Source of the DNA: Nannocystis sp.
GTDB taxonomy: Bacteria; Myxococcota_A; Polyangia; Nannocystales; Nannocystaceae
Reading direction: 5' to 3'
Assembly: GCF_016714285.1 (NCBI RefSeq)
Contig: NZ_JADJNN010000008.1
Location: forward strand, 68,669-132,668
Length of the DNA: 64,000 bases
The notes beneath the pieces are model-generated. The model was not told the DNA's origin. It worked only from the letters and a program-made list of their open reading frames with translations, and searched no databases. Positions 50,526 through 61,087 of this stretch are shown in pieces; within the stretch, counting starts at the first letter, position 1, and the number at the start of each line of letters is the position of its first letter. The position numbers were made by a program, and so were the translations under genes.

Positions 50526-51796
50526 AGACCTCGGTTGATCAGGATGTCGCCGATGCTCTCGATGTCGGCCTCATAGCCGCGGTAGAACCTCTCGGCGTCG
50601 TCGCGGGGCATGTTCTGCCAGACGAGCTGCTCGGCGCCGTCGACGAGCTCGGACTTGCAGTTGATGAAGCAGGACTGGACCTGCTCGATCGAGTCGAACT
50701 CGACGTACTCGAAGAGGAGAGGATTCTGGCTGGTGAGGAAGGCTTGGCGGTCGCCGATCGCTTCCATGCAGGCGGCGATCCAGCGGTGGTGGAGGCCGTT
50801 GACGAGCTCGTCGGCGATGACGAAATGTTCGGCCGTGGCAAGATAGTAATAGAAGGCCAGGAGACGTTTTTGGCCGTAGCTGAGGAGATCCTGATCGATC
50901 GTATCGCCGTTGTGGCGCGTGAAGGTGAATGCGGAGCCTTGAACCTCGTAGCTCCGTGATCCCCCTGATGGCGGGACCTTGCTCTGCCGTATCAGGGGTG
51001 CCCAGGTCGCGCTTCGGAATCCGATAAGAGCTGCCACGTCGCCGAGAAACTTCAGACCAGGGCGGTTGACCGATGCATCTGGTTCGGGCGTGACCCAGAG
51101 TTCACCCGCGGGGCTCTTGTGTGCGAGTGGCACCAGCGGGGCGGTATCCAGGGGAAAGAACGTGCTCCGGCGAGGGGTGATGTGCTCACCCGTTTGCACG
51201 ATATCCACCTTGGCGATCGCCGGTGCGCCCGCATTCTGGGACACGGGAGCACGCCCGGTCATGGCCAGATAGGCGTCCAGCGATTCGTCAAAGCGCGACA
51301 GATCGGGGAGGAGCAGGCGCGGGGGAGCTGCGTGAAAGGGGGAGGCCCGGTCAACAAAATTGGGGAACAGAAAGCCGACGCGAAAAGGTGATGCCGACGG
51401 TAGCAAGTGAGACTTGCTGCCATCGAACACCGTCGTCTCGGATGGTGTGCCTGTAATCGTGCACTTGGCAGTCACGTCGTGGCGCGCGAGCCTAACGTCA
51501 TACTTGAACGCAGGTTCTTGGGGCCCGCGAGAGTCATCGCCGGCGGCTAAGTTGCTGATGCGGAAGGTCGCCAGGAACGGATCGGCGTCGAGCGTGTATT
51601 CAATGTCGAATACTTCGCTCTTGAGGGGTGAAAGGTCGTTGCTGGCGACGCAGCTGATCAGGCCAAGCAGCGTCGTCTTCCCCGACCCGTTCTGGCCGAG
51701 CACCAAATTAATCCCGTCGTCGAAGCGCAGCTCCGTGCCGGGGCGGACGTTCCTGTACTGGTGGATCTTGAGGTGTTTGAGCTTCACGCCGGGCAT
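50519..51796 (-). CDS. soluble ABC-type ATPase of the AAA_21/AAA_15-like class (defence/abortive-infection-type ATPase)
   Basis: Walker A is LVLGQNGSGKTTLLGLI. A ~250-aa insert precedes the signature-like LSYGQKRLLAFYYYLA, Walker B HFVIADELVNGL and an H-loop HH. There is no TMD. The lower-GC segment runs from about 50100 to 51800. The start ATG is 3 nt after the sppA2 stop. Confidence 0.7.
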   Translation of the reverse strand: MPGVKLKHLKIHQYRNVRPGTELRFDDGINLVLGQNGSGKTTLLGLISCVASNDLSPLKSEVFDIEYTLDADPFLATFRISNLAAGDDSRGPQEPAFKYDVRLARHDVTAKCTITGTPSETTVFDGSKSHLLPSASPFRVGFLFPNFVDRASPFHAAPPRLLLPDLSRFDESLDAYLAMTGRAPVSQNAGAPAIAKVDIVQTGEHITPRRSTFFPLDTAPLVPLAHKSPAGELWVTPEPDASVNRPGLKFLGDVAALIGFRSATWAPLIRQSKVPPSGGSRSYEVQGSAFTFTRHNGDTIDQDLLSYGQKRLLAFYYYLATAEHFVIADELVNGLHHRWIAACMEAIGDRQAFLTSQNPLLFEYVEFDSIEQVQSCFINCKSELVDGAEQLVWQNMPRDDAERFYRGYEADIESIGDILINRGLW

Positions 51797-51799
51797 GGG

Positions 51800-54438
51800 C
51801 TACTCCACCTCGACGAGGCCGGGGAGCAGGGCGAGGGCCTCGTCTTGCGGGAGGAACAGGAGGGCGAGCGGCAGGCGGGCGAGGGCGGCGGAGAGGGCGA
51901 GGGGGAGCTGTTGTTTGGCGTCGCGGCGCGACTGGAGGCGGGTGCGCAGGCCATCGTCGCCGGGCTGGGGGATGACTTGCTCGAGCAGGATGTCGACGAG
52001 GCGGCGCTGGCGGGGGAAGACGCGGAGGTCGAGCTCAATGCGGGCGGGGACGCCGGCCTTGCTGCGGACGGCGGCGACGGCCTCGCGCAGGCCGCCGAAT
52101 TCGTCGACCAGCTTGAGGTCCTTGGCGTCGGTGCCGGAGTAGACGTGGCCGCGGCCGAGCTCGTCGACGCGCTCGATCGTCAGCTTGCGGCCCTCGGCGA
52201 CGCGGCGGCGAAACAGGTCGTAGACGCGGCGGATGGAGGCGTCCATGCGGGCGCGCTGGTCCTCGCTGAAGGGCTTGTAGAGGCTGGCGATGTCGGCGTT
52301 CTTGCCGCGGCTGAAGGTGCTGGTGGAGATGCCGAGCTTGGCGAGCATGCCGGAGAGGTCGAAGTGCAGGCTGACGACGCCGATCGATCCGGTGATCGTG
52401 GTGGGCTGGGCGAAGATCTGGCGCGCGCCCATGGCGACGTAGTAGCCGCCGCTGGCGGCGACGTCGCCCATGGACACTACGATCGGAGGGCTCTTGCGCG
52501 GGGTCTTCTCGTGAGCCTCCTGTGTGCGCGAGACCTCGCGCCAGATCAGATCGGAGGCGAGGGCGGAGCCGCCGGGGCTGTTGACGCGCAGGACGATGCC
52601 CTTGCACATCGGGTCGGCGCGGAGGTTGCGGAGCTGCTGGACGAGGGTGTCGGCGCCGGCGAACTGGATGTTGAGGAAGGGGATCGTTCGACTCTCGCCG
52701 TCGATGATGGTGCCCTCGACGAGCACGACGGCGGTGTAGGGGGCGTTGGCCCAGGTGGGGAGCTCGGGGTCGGTCTCGCCGAAGCTGGCGAACTTGACGC
52801 GGGCGCCGACGGCGGTGGAGATCGACTCGATGACCTCGTCGCGGTGGACGACCTTGTCGACCAGCTTGTGGGCGAGCGCCTGCTCGGGGCCGTGGGGGGC
52901 CTCGTCGATGAGGCCGCGGACCTGGTTCTGGGCGAGGCCGCGGGCCTGGGCGATGTCCTTCAGGATCTGGGCGTAGGTGTCGTCGAGGATCGCCTCGCGC
53001 TGCTGGCGGTCGGGCTCGGAGGGGCCGCTGCGAGTGAAGCGCTCGTGGGCGCTCTTGTACTCGTTGATGTAGAGGCCCTCGACGTTGACGCCGAGCTTCT
53101 CGAGGGCGCCCTTGAAGTAGAGCGTGGTGGAGGAGAGGCCGAAGGTGGCGAGCTCGCCGGCGGGGTGGATGTAGACCTGCTCGGCGGCGCTGGCGAGGTA
53201 GTAGTCCTTGAGGTCGCCGCCCTCGAGGTAGGCGAAGACGTGGCCGCCGGCGTTGCGGACGCGGATGAGCGCGGCGCGGAGCTCCTGCAGGCTGGCCCAG
53301 CCGAGCTTGGCGGCGCGGGCGTCGAGCAGGAGGATCGATCGCGGGCCGGCTTGCTCGGCGCGCGCGAGGCGTTCGAGCAGGCGGATGAGGGCGCGCTCGC
53401 CTTTCACTGCGGAGAGGTCGATGCGTTCGGCGTCGACCAGGCGCGGCCAGAAGACGCGGCCCTGGCGGGCGCTGCTGAAGCGGGCGGCGAGGCCGAAGCC
53501 GTCGACGCCGCCGGACAGGCCGGCGTGCATGCCGGCGCGGACGGTCATGAGGTCCCACGAGACGGCGAGGGCGACCGAGCCGCGCACGGCCTTGGCGTCG
53601 GCGACGACGGCGTAGGTGTTGCGGTCGAGGATGTGGGCCCGGACCTGCTCGACCTCGCCGGCGAGCTCGATGCCCTGGTAGCGGAAGGCGACGCGGCCGC
53701 GCGGGAGGACGCCGAGGTACTCGCCGAACTGCGGGGTGACGATGTCCGGGTTGCCGCGCCAGCGCGTGCGCACGCCGCCGGCGAGCTCGAGCATGCGGGT
53801 GCCGAGCGGGCGCAGGGCGAGCTCGCCGGTGACGGCGAACTCCTGCGGGAGGCTGCCCTCGGGTTGGAGGTCGGCGGGGCCGAGGCGGGCGACGGCGCCG
53901 ACGGAGGCGTAGTTGCGGATGCGGACGAGGAGGCCGAGGTCGAGGTCGGGGCGGCGCAGGCTCTGGCCGCGGTCGAGCATCCAGTGCAGGCCGAGGCCGA
54001 GGGCGGCGACCTTGCCGTCGCCGGCGCTGAGGCCCCACGAGACCTTGGTGAAGTCGGGGTTCTGGGCGGCGCGGCTGTCGGTGTAGTTGCCGCCGAAGCT
54101 GGGGAGCACGCGCTGGACGCCGAGGCCGGTGGCGAAGCCGAGGCCGAGGTTGAGGCCGAGGAAGCCGCCGACGCCCGAGCCGCGGGTGAACGCGGAGGTC
54201 GATCGGTAGCCCATGATCACGGCGTCGAGGCCCTTCACGGCCGAGAGCAGGGCGGGGTTTAGCTCGAGGCTGCTGGCGTCGCCTTCGCCCGAGTAGTCGT
54301 GGATCGGGCGGTCGATGCCGTCGCTGGCGCCGCGGTCGACGGCGACCGGCTGCTGCGCGGCGGCGGGGGTGGTCAGCGTGGCGACGAGGGCGACGACGAC
54401 GAGCGGGCCCCGTGGACCTGGCTTTGGGGACAGGGTGC

Positions 54439-54442
<4 letters not shown>
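51800..54442 (-). CDS. SppA-like S49 serine protease paralog (two S49 domains) with the same N-terminal beta-rich domain as 42206-44884
   Basis: The signal peptide is LVVVALVATLTTPAAAQQ. It shares RGSGVGGF and S49 blocks with the other paralog, including the catalytic GDVAASGGYYVA. Its start ATG overlaps the GroES-like stop (ATGA). Confidence 0.8.
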
Positions 54443-54891
<449 letters not shown>

Positions 54892-55053
54892 CGGCCGCGA
54901 CTGTACCGCAAGTCGGGCGATCCGCGGGGGCCGGTGCGGCGGCGCAGCAGGGCAAGTCGGGCGATCCGCGGAGGCCGACGCGGCGCAGCATGGCAAGTCG
55001 GGCGCTCTGCGGAGGCCGACGCGGCGCAGCAGGGCCTCGCGCAAGTCAGGCGA

Positions 55054-57462
55054 TCAGCGGAGGCCGGCGCGGCGGCGCAGCAGGGCCTCGCCGCCGAGGC
55101 CGATCAGCGCGAGCAGGAGGGCCCAGGGGCCGTCCCACAGCGGCACGCTGCGGCGGCTGTCGATGCGCAGGCCGGGGCCCTCGTCGCCGAGCTCGGCGAG
55201 CGGCAAGGAGCTCGGCAGGGCGTCGCCGTCGCGGGCGCGGAGGAAGCGGCCGCCGGTGGCCTCGGCGAGGGCCTGGAGGCGCTGTTCGCCGGGGTCGGCG
55301 TCGACGCGGGCGAGCTCGTGGCCGGGCTCGTCGACCAGGAAGACGCGGCGGGCGCGGGCCGGCGGCGGGCCGTCGACCTGTCCCGAAGGACCTGTCCTCC
55401 AGGCCATGGCCTCGTAGGCGCCGACGGGGAGGCGGCCGGGCAAGGTGTCGCTGGCGCGGCCGAGGGCGTCGGTGGTCCATGTCCCTTCGGACAGGAGGAA
55501 GGTGGGCGGGCCGGGGCTGTTGTTGTTCGCCGGTGCGGGTTCGACGGCGCCGAGCGGGCGGACCTCCCAGGCGAGCGGGACGGCGGGCTCGGGGGCGTAG
55601 CTGGGGGTGAGGGCGGTGGCTCGCAGGGTGACTGGTTGGCCGCGGAGGTAGCTCGGGCGGTCGGTCTCGAGGCTGAGGCGCTCGGCGGCCGCGTCGCGCA
55701 GCAGCCAGCGGACGGCGCCGAGCCACAGGAGGTCGTAGGGGCGGGCGCCGTCGACGAGCGGGAGGTCGGCGGCGAAGCCGAGGCGCCAGGTGGCGCCGGT
55801 GGCGAGGACGAGGCTGCGGCCCTTGCCGGGCTCGGCGATCGCGAGCAGGGGGGCGCCGCCCTGGGCGGTGAGCAGCACGGCGCTGGCGATGCTGGCGGCG
55901 TGGGGCGCGAGCTGGACGGGGTTGTAGCTGTCGAAGGCGGGGAGGGTCGACCAGTCGGGCGGGAGGGCGGCGAGCCAGGCGGTGATCGGGTGGCGTCGGC
56001 CGGCGTCGCTGAGGGCGGGGCGGTAGCTGTCGGTGAGGGTGCCGGTGGGGCGGCGGGTGTCGACGGGGAGGGTCGTGGCGAGCACGCCGGGGTAGTCGCC
56101 GGTGGCGAGGCCCATGTCGCCGCCGATGACGACGAGGGCGCCGCCCTCCTGCACGTAGCTGGCGATGTCGCCGAGGTAGACGCCGACCTGATGGTTGATC
56201 GCGTCGAAGTTGTGGAGGATGACGAGGTCGAAGGAGCCGAGCTGCTCCTTGAAGAGCTCGTCGGTGGGGAAGGCGATCAGGCTGAGCTCGGCGGAGGGGT
56301 CGTCGCGGTCGGCGTCCTCGACGCTGCGCAGGATGTAGTAGCTGAGCAGCTCGACGTTGGGGTCGCGGCCGAGCAGGGTCCGGAGCGCGCGCACGTCCCA
56401 GTCGGGGCGGCCGGCGACGTGGAGCACGCGGACCTTGTCGCGCAGGACCTTGACGACGAAGGCGCGGCGGTTGTTGGCGAGGGTGGCCTCGCCGGGGAGC
56501 GGGCGGACGGCGATCTCGTGGACGAACTGGCCGACGCGGTCGGGGGCGACCTCGAAGCGCACGGGGACCGGGACGCCGTCGGCGGCGAGGGTGACGCGGG
56601 TGCTCGCGACGAGGGCGCCGTCGCGGCGCAGGTCGACGTCGACGGGCGTGTCGGCGAGGCCGTGGGCGATCAGGTCGGCGCTGAACTCGGTGACGTTCTC
56701 GACGAAGGCGAACTCGCCGGCGTGGAGCTCGGCGACGGCGACGTCGCGGATCGCGGGGGCGCCGGCGCTGACGGTGGTGATCGGGACGCCGAGGGCGCGG
56801 GCGGCCAGGAGCAGCGGGTCCTGGGCGGGCTGGCCGTAGGTACCTGTCCCTTCGAACAGGCCGTCGGAGAGCACGAGGACGGCGGCGAGCGGGCGGGGGT
56901 CGTCGGTGGCGAGGCCGGGCTCGCCGGCGTCCGGGGCCTGGGCGAGCTCGGCGAGGGCGCGGGCGAGGTCGGAGGCGGGGCCGTCGACGGGGACCTTGAG
57001 CTCGTCGGCGTCGGTCTCGGCGATCGGGCGGCTGCGATCGGCGAAGCTGCGCAGGCCGGGGGACAGGCCCTGCTCGCGCCAGGCGGCGCGGGCCGGGGCG
57101 CCGGCGGACCAGAAGCTGCGCAGGCGATCGATGCGCGGGGTGGTCTTGGCGCCGGGGCGCTCGGCGTCGGCGAGGGCCATGCTGGCGCTGGCGTCGACGA
57201 GCACGGCGACGCGCGGACCGACCGGACGCACGGTCTCCCGGGCGAGGGTGAGCTCGAGGCCGACGGTGAGCAGGGCCAGCAGGCCGAGCATGCGCAGGGT
57301 GAACAGGCCGAGGCGGGTGCGGCGGGGCAGCGCGGGCCGGCCGGGGCCGGCGCCGCGGAGCGCGAGCGCGGCCTCGACGACGGCAATGGCGAGGCACACG
57401 ACCAGGAGGGTCAGGGCCAGCGGGTCCGGCACGTGGCCCGCGACGAGGCGCCAGCGCTCCAT
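55054..57462 (-). CDS. BatA-like membrane protein: N-terminal double-TM anchor, vWA-like domain (DxSxS) and a large C-terminal region
   Basis: The TM pair is LALTLLVVCLAIAVV... / ...LGLLALLTVGL. The MIDAS-like motif is VAVLVDASASM. Such proteins are typically encoded with DUF4159 and MoxR-type genes, and a DUF4159 gene is indeed upstream. Confidence 0.6.
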   Translation of the reverse strand: MERWRLVAGHVPDPLALTLLVVCLAIAVVEAALALRGAGPGRPALPRRTRLGLFTLRMLGLLALLTVGLELTLARETVRPVGPRVAVLVDASASMALADAERPGAKTTPRIDRLRSFWSAGAPARAAWREQGLSPGLRSFADRSRPIAETDADELKVPVDGPASDLARALAELAQAPDAGEPGLATDDPRPLAAVLVLSDGLFEGTGTYGQPAQDPLLLAARALGVPITTVSAGAPAIRDVAVAELHAGEFAFVENVTEFSADLIAHGLADTPVDVDLRRDGALVASTRVTLAADGVPVPVRFEVAPDRVGQFVHEIAVRPLPGEATLANNRRAFVVKVLRDKVRVLHVAGRPDWDVRALRTLLGRDPNVELLSYYILRSVEDADRDDPSAELSLIAFPTDELFKEQLGSFDLVILHNFDAINHQVGVYLGDIASYVQEGGALVVIGGDMGLATGDYPGVLATTLPVDTRRPTGTLTDSYRPALSDAGRRHPITAWLAALPPDWSTLPAFDSYNPVQLAPHAASIASAVLLTAQGGAPLLAIAEPGKGRSLVLATGATWRLGFAADLPLVDGARPYDLLWLGAVRWLLRDAAAERLSLETDRPSYLRGQPVTLRATALTPSYAPEPAVPLAWEVRPLGAVEPAPANNNSPGPPTFLLSEGTWTTDALGRASDTLPGRLPVGAYEAMAWRTGPSGQVDGPPPARARRVFLVDEPGHELARVDADPGEQRLQALAEATGGRFLRARDGDALPSSLPLAELGDEGPGLRIDSRRSVPLWDGPWALLLALIGLGGEALLRRRAGLR

Positions 57463-57482
57463 GCTAGCGGCGCAGCTCCGGG

Positions 57483-57640
57483 GTGGGGCGGGGCAGGACC
57501 TGGCTCTCGAGGCAGGTTCGGCTGGCCTCTGGGACAGGGCGCGTGGGACAGGTGGGGCGGGGCAGGACCTGGCTCTCGAGGCAGGTTCGGCTGGCCTCTG
57601 GGACAGGGCGTGTGGGACAGGTGGGGCGGGGCATGGTCAG
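57483..57640. repeat. 69-bp tandem repeat x2.1 in an intergenic region, rich in GGGACAGG motifs
   Basis: ggggcggggcaggacctggctctcgaggcaggttcggctggcctctgggacagggcg[ct]gtgggacaggt occurs twice, followed by a partial third copy. Confidence 0.8.
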
Positions 57641-58472
57641 CGCCAGCGGCGGGTGCGGAGGAGGGTCTCGACGTGGGCGCGGTCGGCCTTGTAGTCGGTG
57701 CAGGTGGCGTAGAGCAGGATGTTGACGGCGAAGCGGGTGGCCCACTCGCGCTGCTGCGGGCCGCCGGGGGTGCAGGGGAAGCTGTGGAGGCCGTCGGGGC
57801 CGCGGGCGAGGGCGCCGCCGAGGTCGTTGCGGACCAGCAGGACCTTGAGGCGGCCCTCCTCCTGGACGCCGAGGGCGTGGTTGAAGGCGCGGGTGCGGCC
57901 GACTGGTTCGTCGAGGACGTAGAAGGAGCGGTAGAGGACGTGGTCGCGGGCGACGGGGGTGAGGGGCGAGCCGGGGAGGATGCGGGCGAGCAGGGCCTGC
58001 ACGTCGCGCTCGAAGCCCGGGTCGGCGCCGCCGTCGGCGGCGTCGAAGACGATCATGCCGCCTTGGTCGATGAAGCGGCCGAGCTGGGCCTCGCCGGCGT
58101 CGCCCAGCGGGGGGAGCTGCTGCTCGCCGGCGACGTAGAGGAACGGGGTGGCGAACAGCGCGGGCGAGCCGGCGGCGACGGTGCTGGGCTCGCGCAGGGG
58201 CTCGAGGCGGGTGCGCAGGCGCAGCTCGCTGGCGAGCTCGCGCATGGCACCGGGGCGCGGGTTCCAGCGGCCGGGGTATTGCAGCTGCGGGAGGTCGACG
58301 TGGAGGAGGGTCTCGGGCTCGCGCCAGTCGCTGCCCTGGGTGAAGGCGGCGAAGGGGTCGTCGTCGTCGACTTGCGGAGGCGCGGCGGCGCGGGCCGTGG
58401 CGCCGCCGGGACCAGGACTGCGCCGCCGAGAGCCCCGAGTGCGCCGCCGAGCCAGTGCCTGCGGGTGAACAT
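57637..58472 (-). CDS. DUF4159-like secreted protein with a Tat-type signal peptide; apparent 1-bp frame disruption near 58385-58400
   Basis: The N-terminal frame reads MFTRRHWLGGALGALGGAVLVPAAPRPA (twin-Arg). The body frame reads ...QVDDDDPFAAFTQGSDWREPETLLHVDLP...PFLYVAGEQQLPPLGDAGEAQLGRFIDQGGMIVFDAADGG.... Confidence 0.45.
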
Positions 58473-58566
58473 CGCGGCGGCAGGATAACGCAGTCGCGGG
58501 GCGGCGCGGGACAGCGCCAGGGGCGCGGATGCATCGGCTTGTGGGGGATCGCGGGCTGTCGCTATC

Positions 58567-59058
58567 GTGATCGGCGTGGTGGTGGGGTTGGGCAGGTGGC
58601 TCGTGGGGGCGGCGTGGGCTGTGGCGCTGGCGATCGGCGTGGTCGGGCCCTTGCTGGTGCGGGCGGCGTGGGAGGGCCGGGCCGAGCTGGTGGCGGCGGA
58701 CGAGGCGGCGGCGGCGGGGCGCGTCGACCTCGAGATCGTGCACCTCGGTCGGGCGGCGCGCTGGCGGGTGCCGATCGCGGGGCACGACGAGGCGGCGATC
58801 GCGAGGTTGCTGGCGATCGGGGCCGCGACGGAGGGCAGCGAGGCGGGCTCGCAGACGGCGCTGGCGGCCTACCGCGAGGCCCGGGCGGCGCTGCTGGTGA
58901 CGCGCGTGGGGGCGGTCGGCGACCGCGAGGCGCTCGGGCTGGCGAACCGGCGGATCGCGGCGTTGATGGCCGCGCAGGAGATGGCGTTCGGGACGGACCT
59001 GTCGGGGCGCGGGGCGGCGGAGGCGTATCACCTGGCGCTGCTCGAGCGGGCCGGGTGA
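58567..59058 (+). CDS. hypothetical membrane-anchored protein
   Basis: 163-aa ORF with an N-terminal TM and a helical Ala-rich body. No family was recognised. Confidence 0.35.
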   Translation: MIGVVVGLGRWLVGAAWAVALAIGVVGPLLVRAAWEGRAELVAADEAAAAGRVDLEIVHLGRAARWRVPIAGHDEAAIARLLAIGAATEGSEAGSQTALAAYREARAALLVTRVGAVGDREALGLANRRIAALMAAQEMAFGTDLSGRGAAEAYHLALLERAG

Positions 59059-59070
59059 TGCGGTACGGGC

Positions 59071-59187
59071 TTGAGGACAGGTGCTTCGGGACAGGTTACG
59101 GGGCTGTCCTGGAGGACAGGTGCTTCGGGACAGATTGCGAGGCTGGCCTGGAGGACAGGTGCTTCGGGACAGAGGCCCGCGCCCTCG
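59071..59187. repeat. 39-bp tandem repeat x3 (ctggaggacaggtgcttcgggacag...) in a convergent intergenic region
   Basis: gaggacaggtgcttcgggacag occurs at about 59073, 59112 and 59151. Confidence 0.8.
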
Positions 59188-59379
59188 GCCACGATTGTGA
59201 CACCAGGGCAACTTCCGCCGCGCGCCGCCCCTGACGGTGGTGTCGCTGGTGGCAGGATCGCTGCTGGTGCTGGTGGCAGATGCGCCGTGGTACTGTCACT
59301 TTCGCCGCTGCGGGGGGGGGCGGGGGGGGGCGGCGCGCTGGTTGGCGAAGGCGCGCCGGAGGCGACCGGATCGACGGCT

Positions 59380-60003
59380 TCACGGCGCGGTGAAGATCGC
59401 GGCCCAGTAGTAGCCGTGGACCGGCGCGAGCGCGTCCTTCGCGGTGAAGTCGCCGGCGAAGGCGCCGATGCCGATCTCCTCGAGCTCGCGGGCGCGGAGC
59501 TTCCAGCAGCTGCCGGGGTTGTCGGCCCAGCTCGCGGCGATGTCGGCGGCGGCGGCCAGGTCGCTGCGCTCGGGCTCGCCGTCGTCGAGGACGGTAAAGC
59601 CGTCGTTCTCGCCGTAGGTGCTGGCGGGGTGCTCGACGGCGTCGAGGCGGGTGCCGGTGCTGACGCCGTCGGGGTCGACCTGGCCGACGAACTGGCGGGT
59701 CTGCATGTCCTGGCTGTGGAGGCGGGCGGCGCAGCGCAGGGCCGGGGCGAAGCGGAGCGGCGCGGCGGGCAGGTAGGCCAGGTCGCCGCAGCGGCCGCCC
59801 TGGGCGCGCAGGGCGTTGATCTCGGCGAGGAGGGCGAGCTCGGCGGGGGCGGCCTCCCAGGTCGCCACGGGATCGCAGCGCTCGCTGCTGGGGACCGCGG
59901 GCGGCTCGTCGGCGGGCATGTCCGTCGGCGGGTCGCAGGCCGGGAGCAGCAGGAGGAGCGCGAGGCAGGGGCGCAGCACCGGGTGAGGGTACCAGGACCC
60001 CAC
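59380..60003 (-). CDS. CAP/SCP/PR-1-like domain lipoprotein
   Basis: The lipobox is LLLLPAC. The protein matches CAP-domain motifs (...NALRAQGG...HSQDM..., ...HGYYWAAIFT). Confidence 0.65.
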   Translation of the reverse strand: MGSWYPHPVLRPCLALLLLLPACDPPTDMPADEPPAVPSSERCDPVATWEAAPAELALLAEINALRAQGGRCGDLAYLPAAPLRFAPALRCAARLHSQDMQTRQFVGQVDPDGVSTGTRLDAVEHPASTYGENDGFTVLDDGEPERSDLAAAADIAASWADNPGSCWKLRARELEEIGIGAFAGDFTAKDALAPVHGYYWAAIFTAP

Positions 60004-60508
60004 GTTCCTGGGGCGCGTCGATCACACGCGAGGCGCTGGCTCGACACGTGGCGAGCCAGGACCTCGGGGTCGCGTCGATCACACGCGCGAGGCAGGGGCG
60101 CAGTACGAGGTGAGGCAGGACCTGGGGCGTCGATCACACGCGCGAGGCAGGACCCCGCGCGGGGCTTAAAAACATGTCGGGCCTGGGGGGGTCCCAGGCC
60201 CGACGGGGCAGCGGCAGTGTCTCAGGAGGCGTAAGGGTTAGGTCAAGGTAAGCGAGTGAGAAGCCAAGGTGTAAGCGGAGTAAGCCAAGTCGGGAGCGCG
60301 GGCAAATAAGCCAAGGAAAGTTGTGGAGGCGGGGTTCGTCGCATCCACGTCGACCGAGGTTGCACGCTGTGGTCCACGGGGCATAGCTTCGAGATCATGA
60401 GGGATTTTTCGCGGGTGCTCGGGACCGCGAGGGGGCGGCCGGACATCGCTGCCAGGGAGCATCGGGCGGCGGTCTGACGTCGCTGTCAGGGCCGCGATCG
60501 GCGAAGCT

Positions 60509-61087
60509 GTGGTGGTGGCTGGCGACCTGGTCCGCATCAGCAAGTTCCTCAGCAAGCACTTGCGCCACGACCCGGCGGGGCTGGGGCTGACGCTCGAGGC
60601 GGGGGGCTGGGTGCCGGTCGACGGGCTGCTGGCGGCGTGTGCCCGGCGGGGTGTGGTGATCTCGCGCGAGCTGCTGGCGGAGGTCGTGGCTGGCAGCGAC
60701 AAGCAGCGCTTCGCCTTCGATGCGGAGGGGCGGCGGATCCGGGCCAACCAGGGGCACAGCGTCGCGGTCGACCTGCAGCTGCGCCCGCAGACGCCGCCGG
60801 CGCGGCTGTTTCATGGCACGACGGCGGCGAGCCTGCCGGCGATCGAGCGCGAGGGGCTGCGCAAGATGCAGCGGCATCACGTGCACCTGTCGGCGGACGA
60901 GGCGACGGCGCGGCGGGTCGGCGGACGGCGCGGGCGGGCTGTGCTGCTGGTGATCGACGCGGCGGCGATGCACGCGGCGGGGAGCTTGTTTTATTGCAGC
61001 GACAACGGCGTGTGGCTGGTCGAGGCGGTGGCGCCGGCGTATCTGCGCGTGCACGCGGCGACGGGCGCGGCTACTCGCCCTCGATGA
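60509..61087 (+). CDS. kptA: RNA 2'-phosphotransferase (Tpt1/KptA family)
   Basis: SKFLSKHLRHDPAGLGLTLEAGGWVPVDGLL...RFAFDAEGRRIRANQGHS...LFHGT. It is preceded by a lower-GC leader. Confidence 0.8.
   Translation: MVVAGDLVRISKFLSKHLRHDPAGLGLTLEAGGWVPVDGLLAACARRGVVISRELLAEVVAGSDKQRFAFDAEGRRIRANQGHSVAVDLQLRPQTPPARLFHGTTAASLPAIEREGLRKMQRHHVHLSADEATARRVGGRRGRAVLLVIDAAAMHAAGSLFYCSDNGVWLVEAVAPAYLRVHAATGAATRPR

Noticed and set aside
51761-54262. 833-aa plus-strand ORF, and the 54790-58488 plus-strand 1232-aa ORF
   Set aside because: They are antisense to sppA2 and to the BatA-like/DUF4159 genes. They are Gly/Ala/Glu/Asp low-complexity artefacts.
55046-57397. 783-aa alternative-frame minus-strand ORF
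   Set aside because: It is the same strand as, but out of frame with, the BatA-like gene, and consists of Arg/Pro junk. The 802-aa frame carries the TM and vWA features.
59368-59392. Hairpin cttcac-ggcgcg-gtgaag at the 3' end of the CAP-lipoprotein gene as a terminator
   Set aside because: The stem is only 6 bp and overlaps the stop codon, with no following U-tract. It is too weak to call.
60300-60420. Possible tRNA (GGTTCG-like box in ggcggggttcgtcgcatcc)
   Set aside because: No acceptor stem or anticodon arm can be paired, and the T-loop consensus GGTTCGAATCC is not matched.
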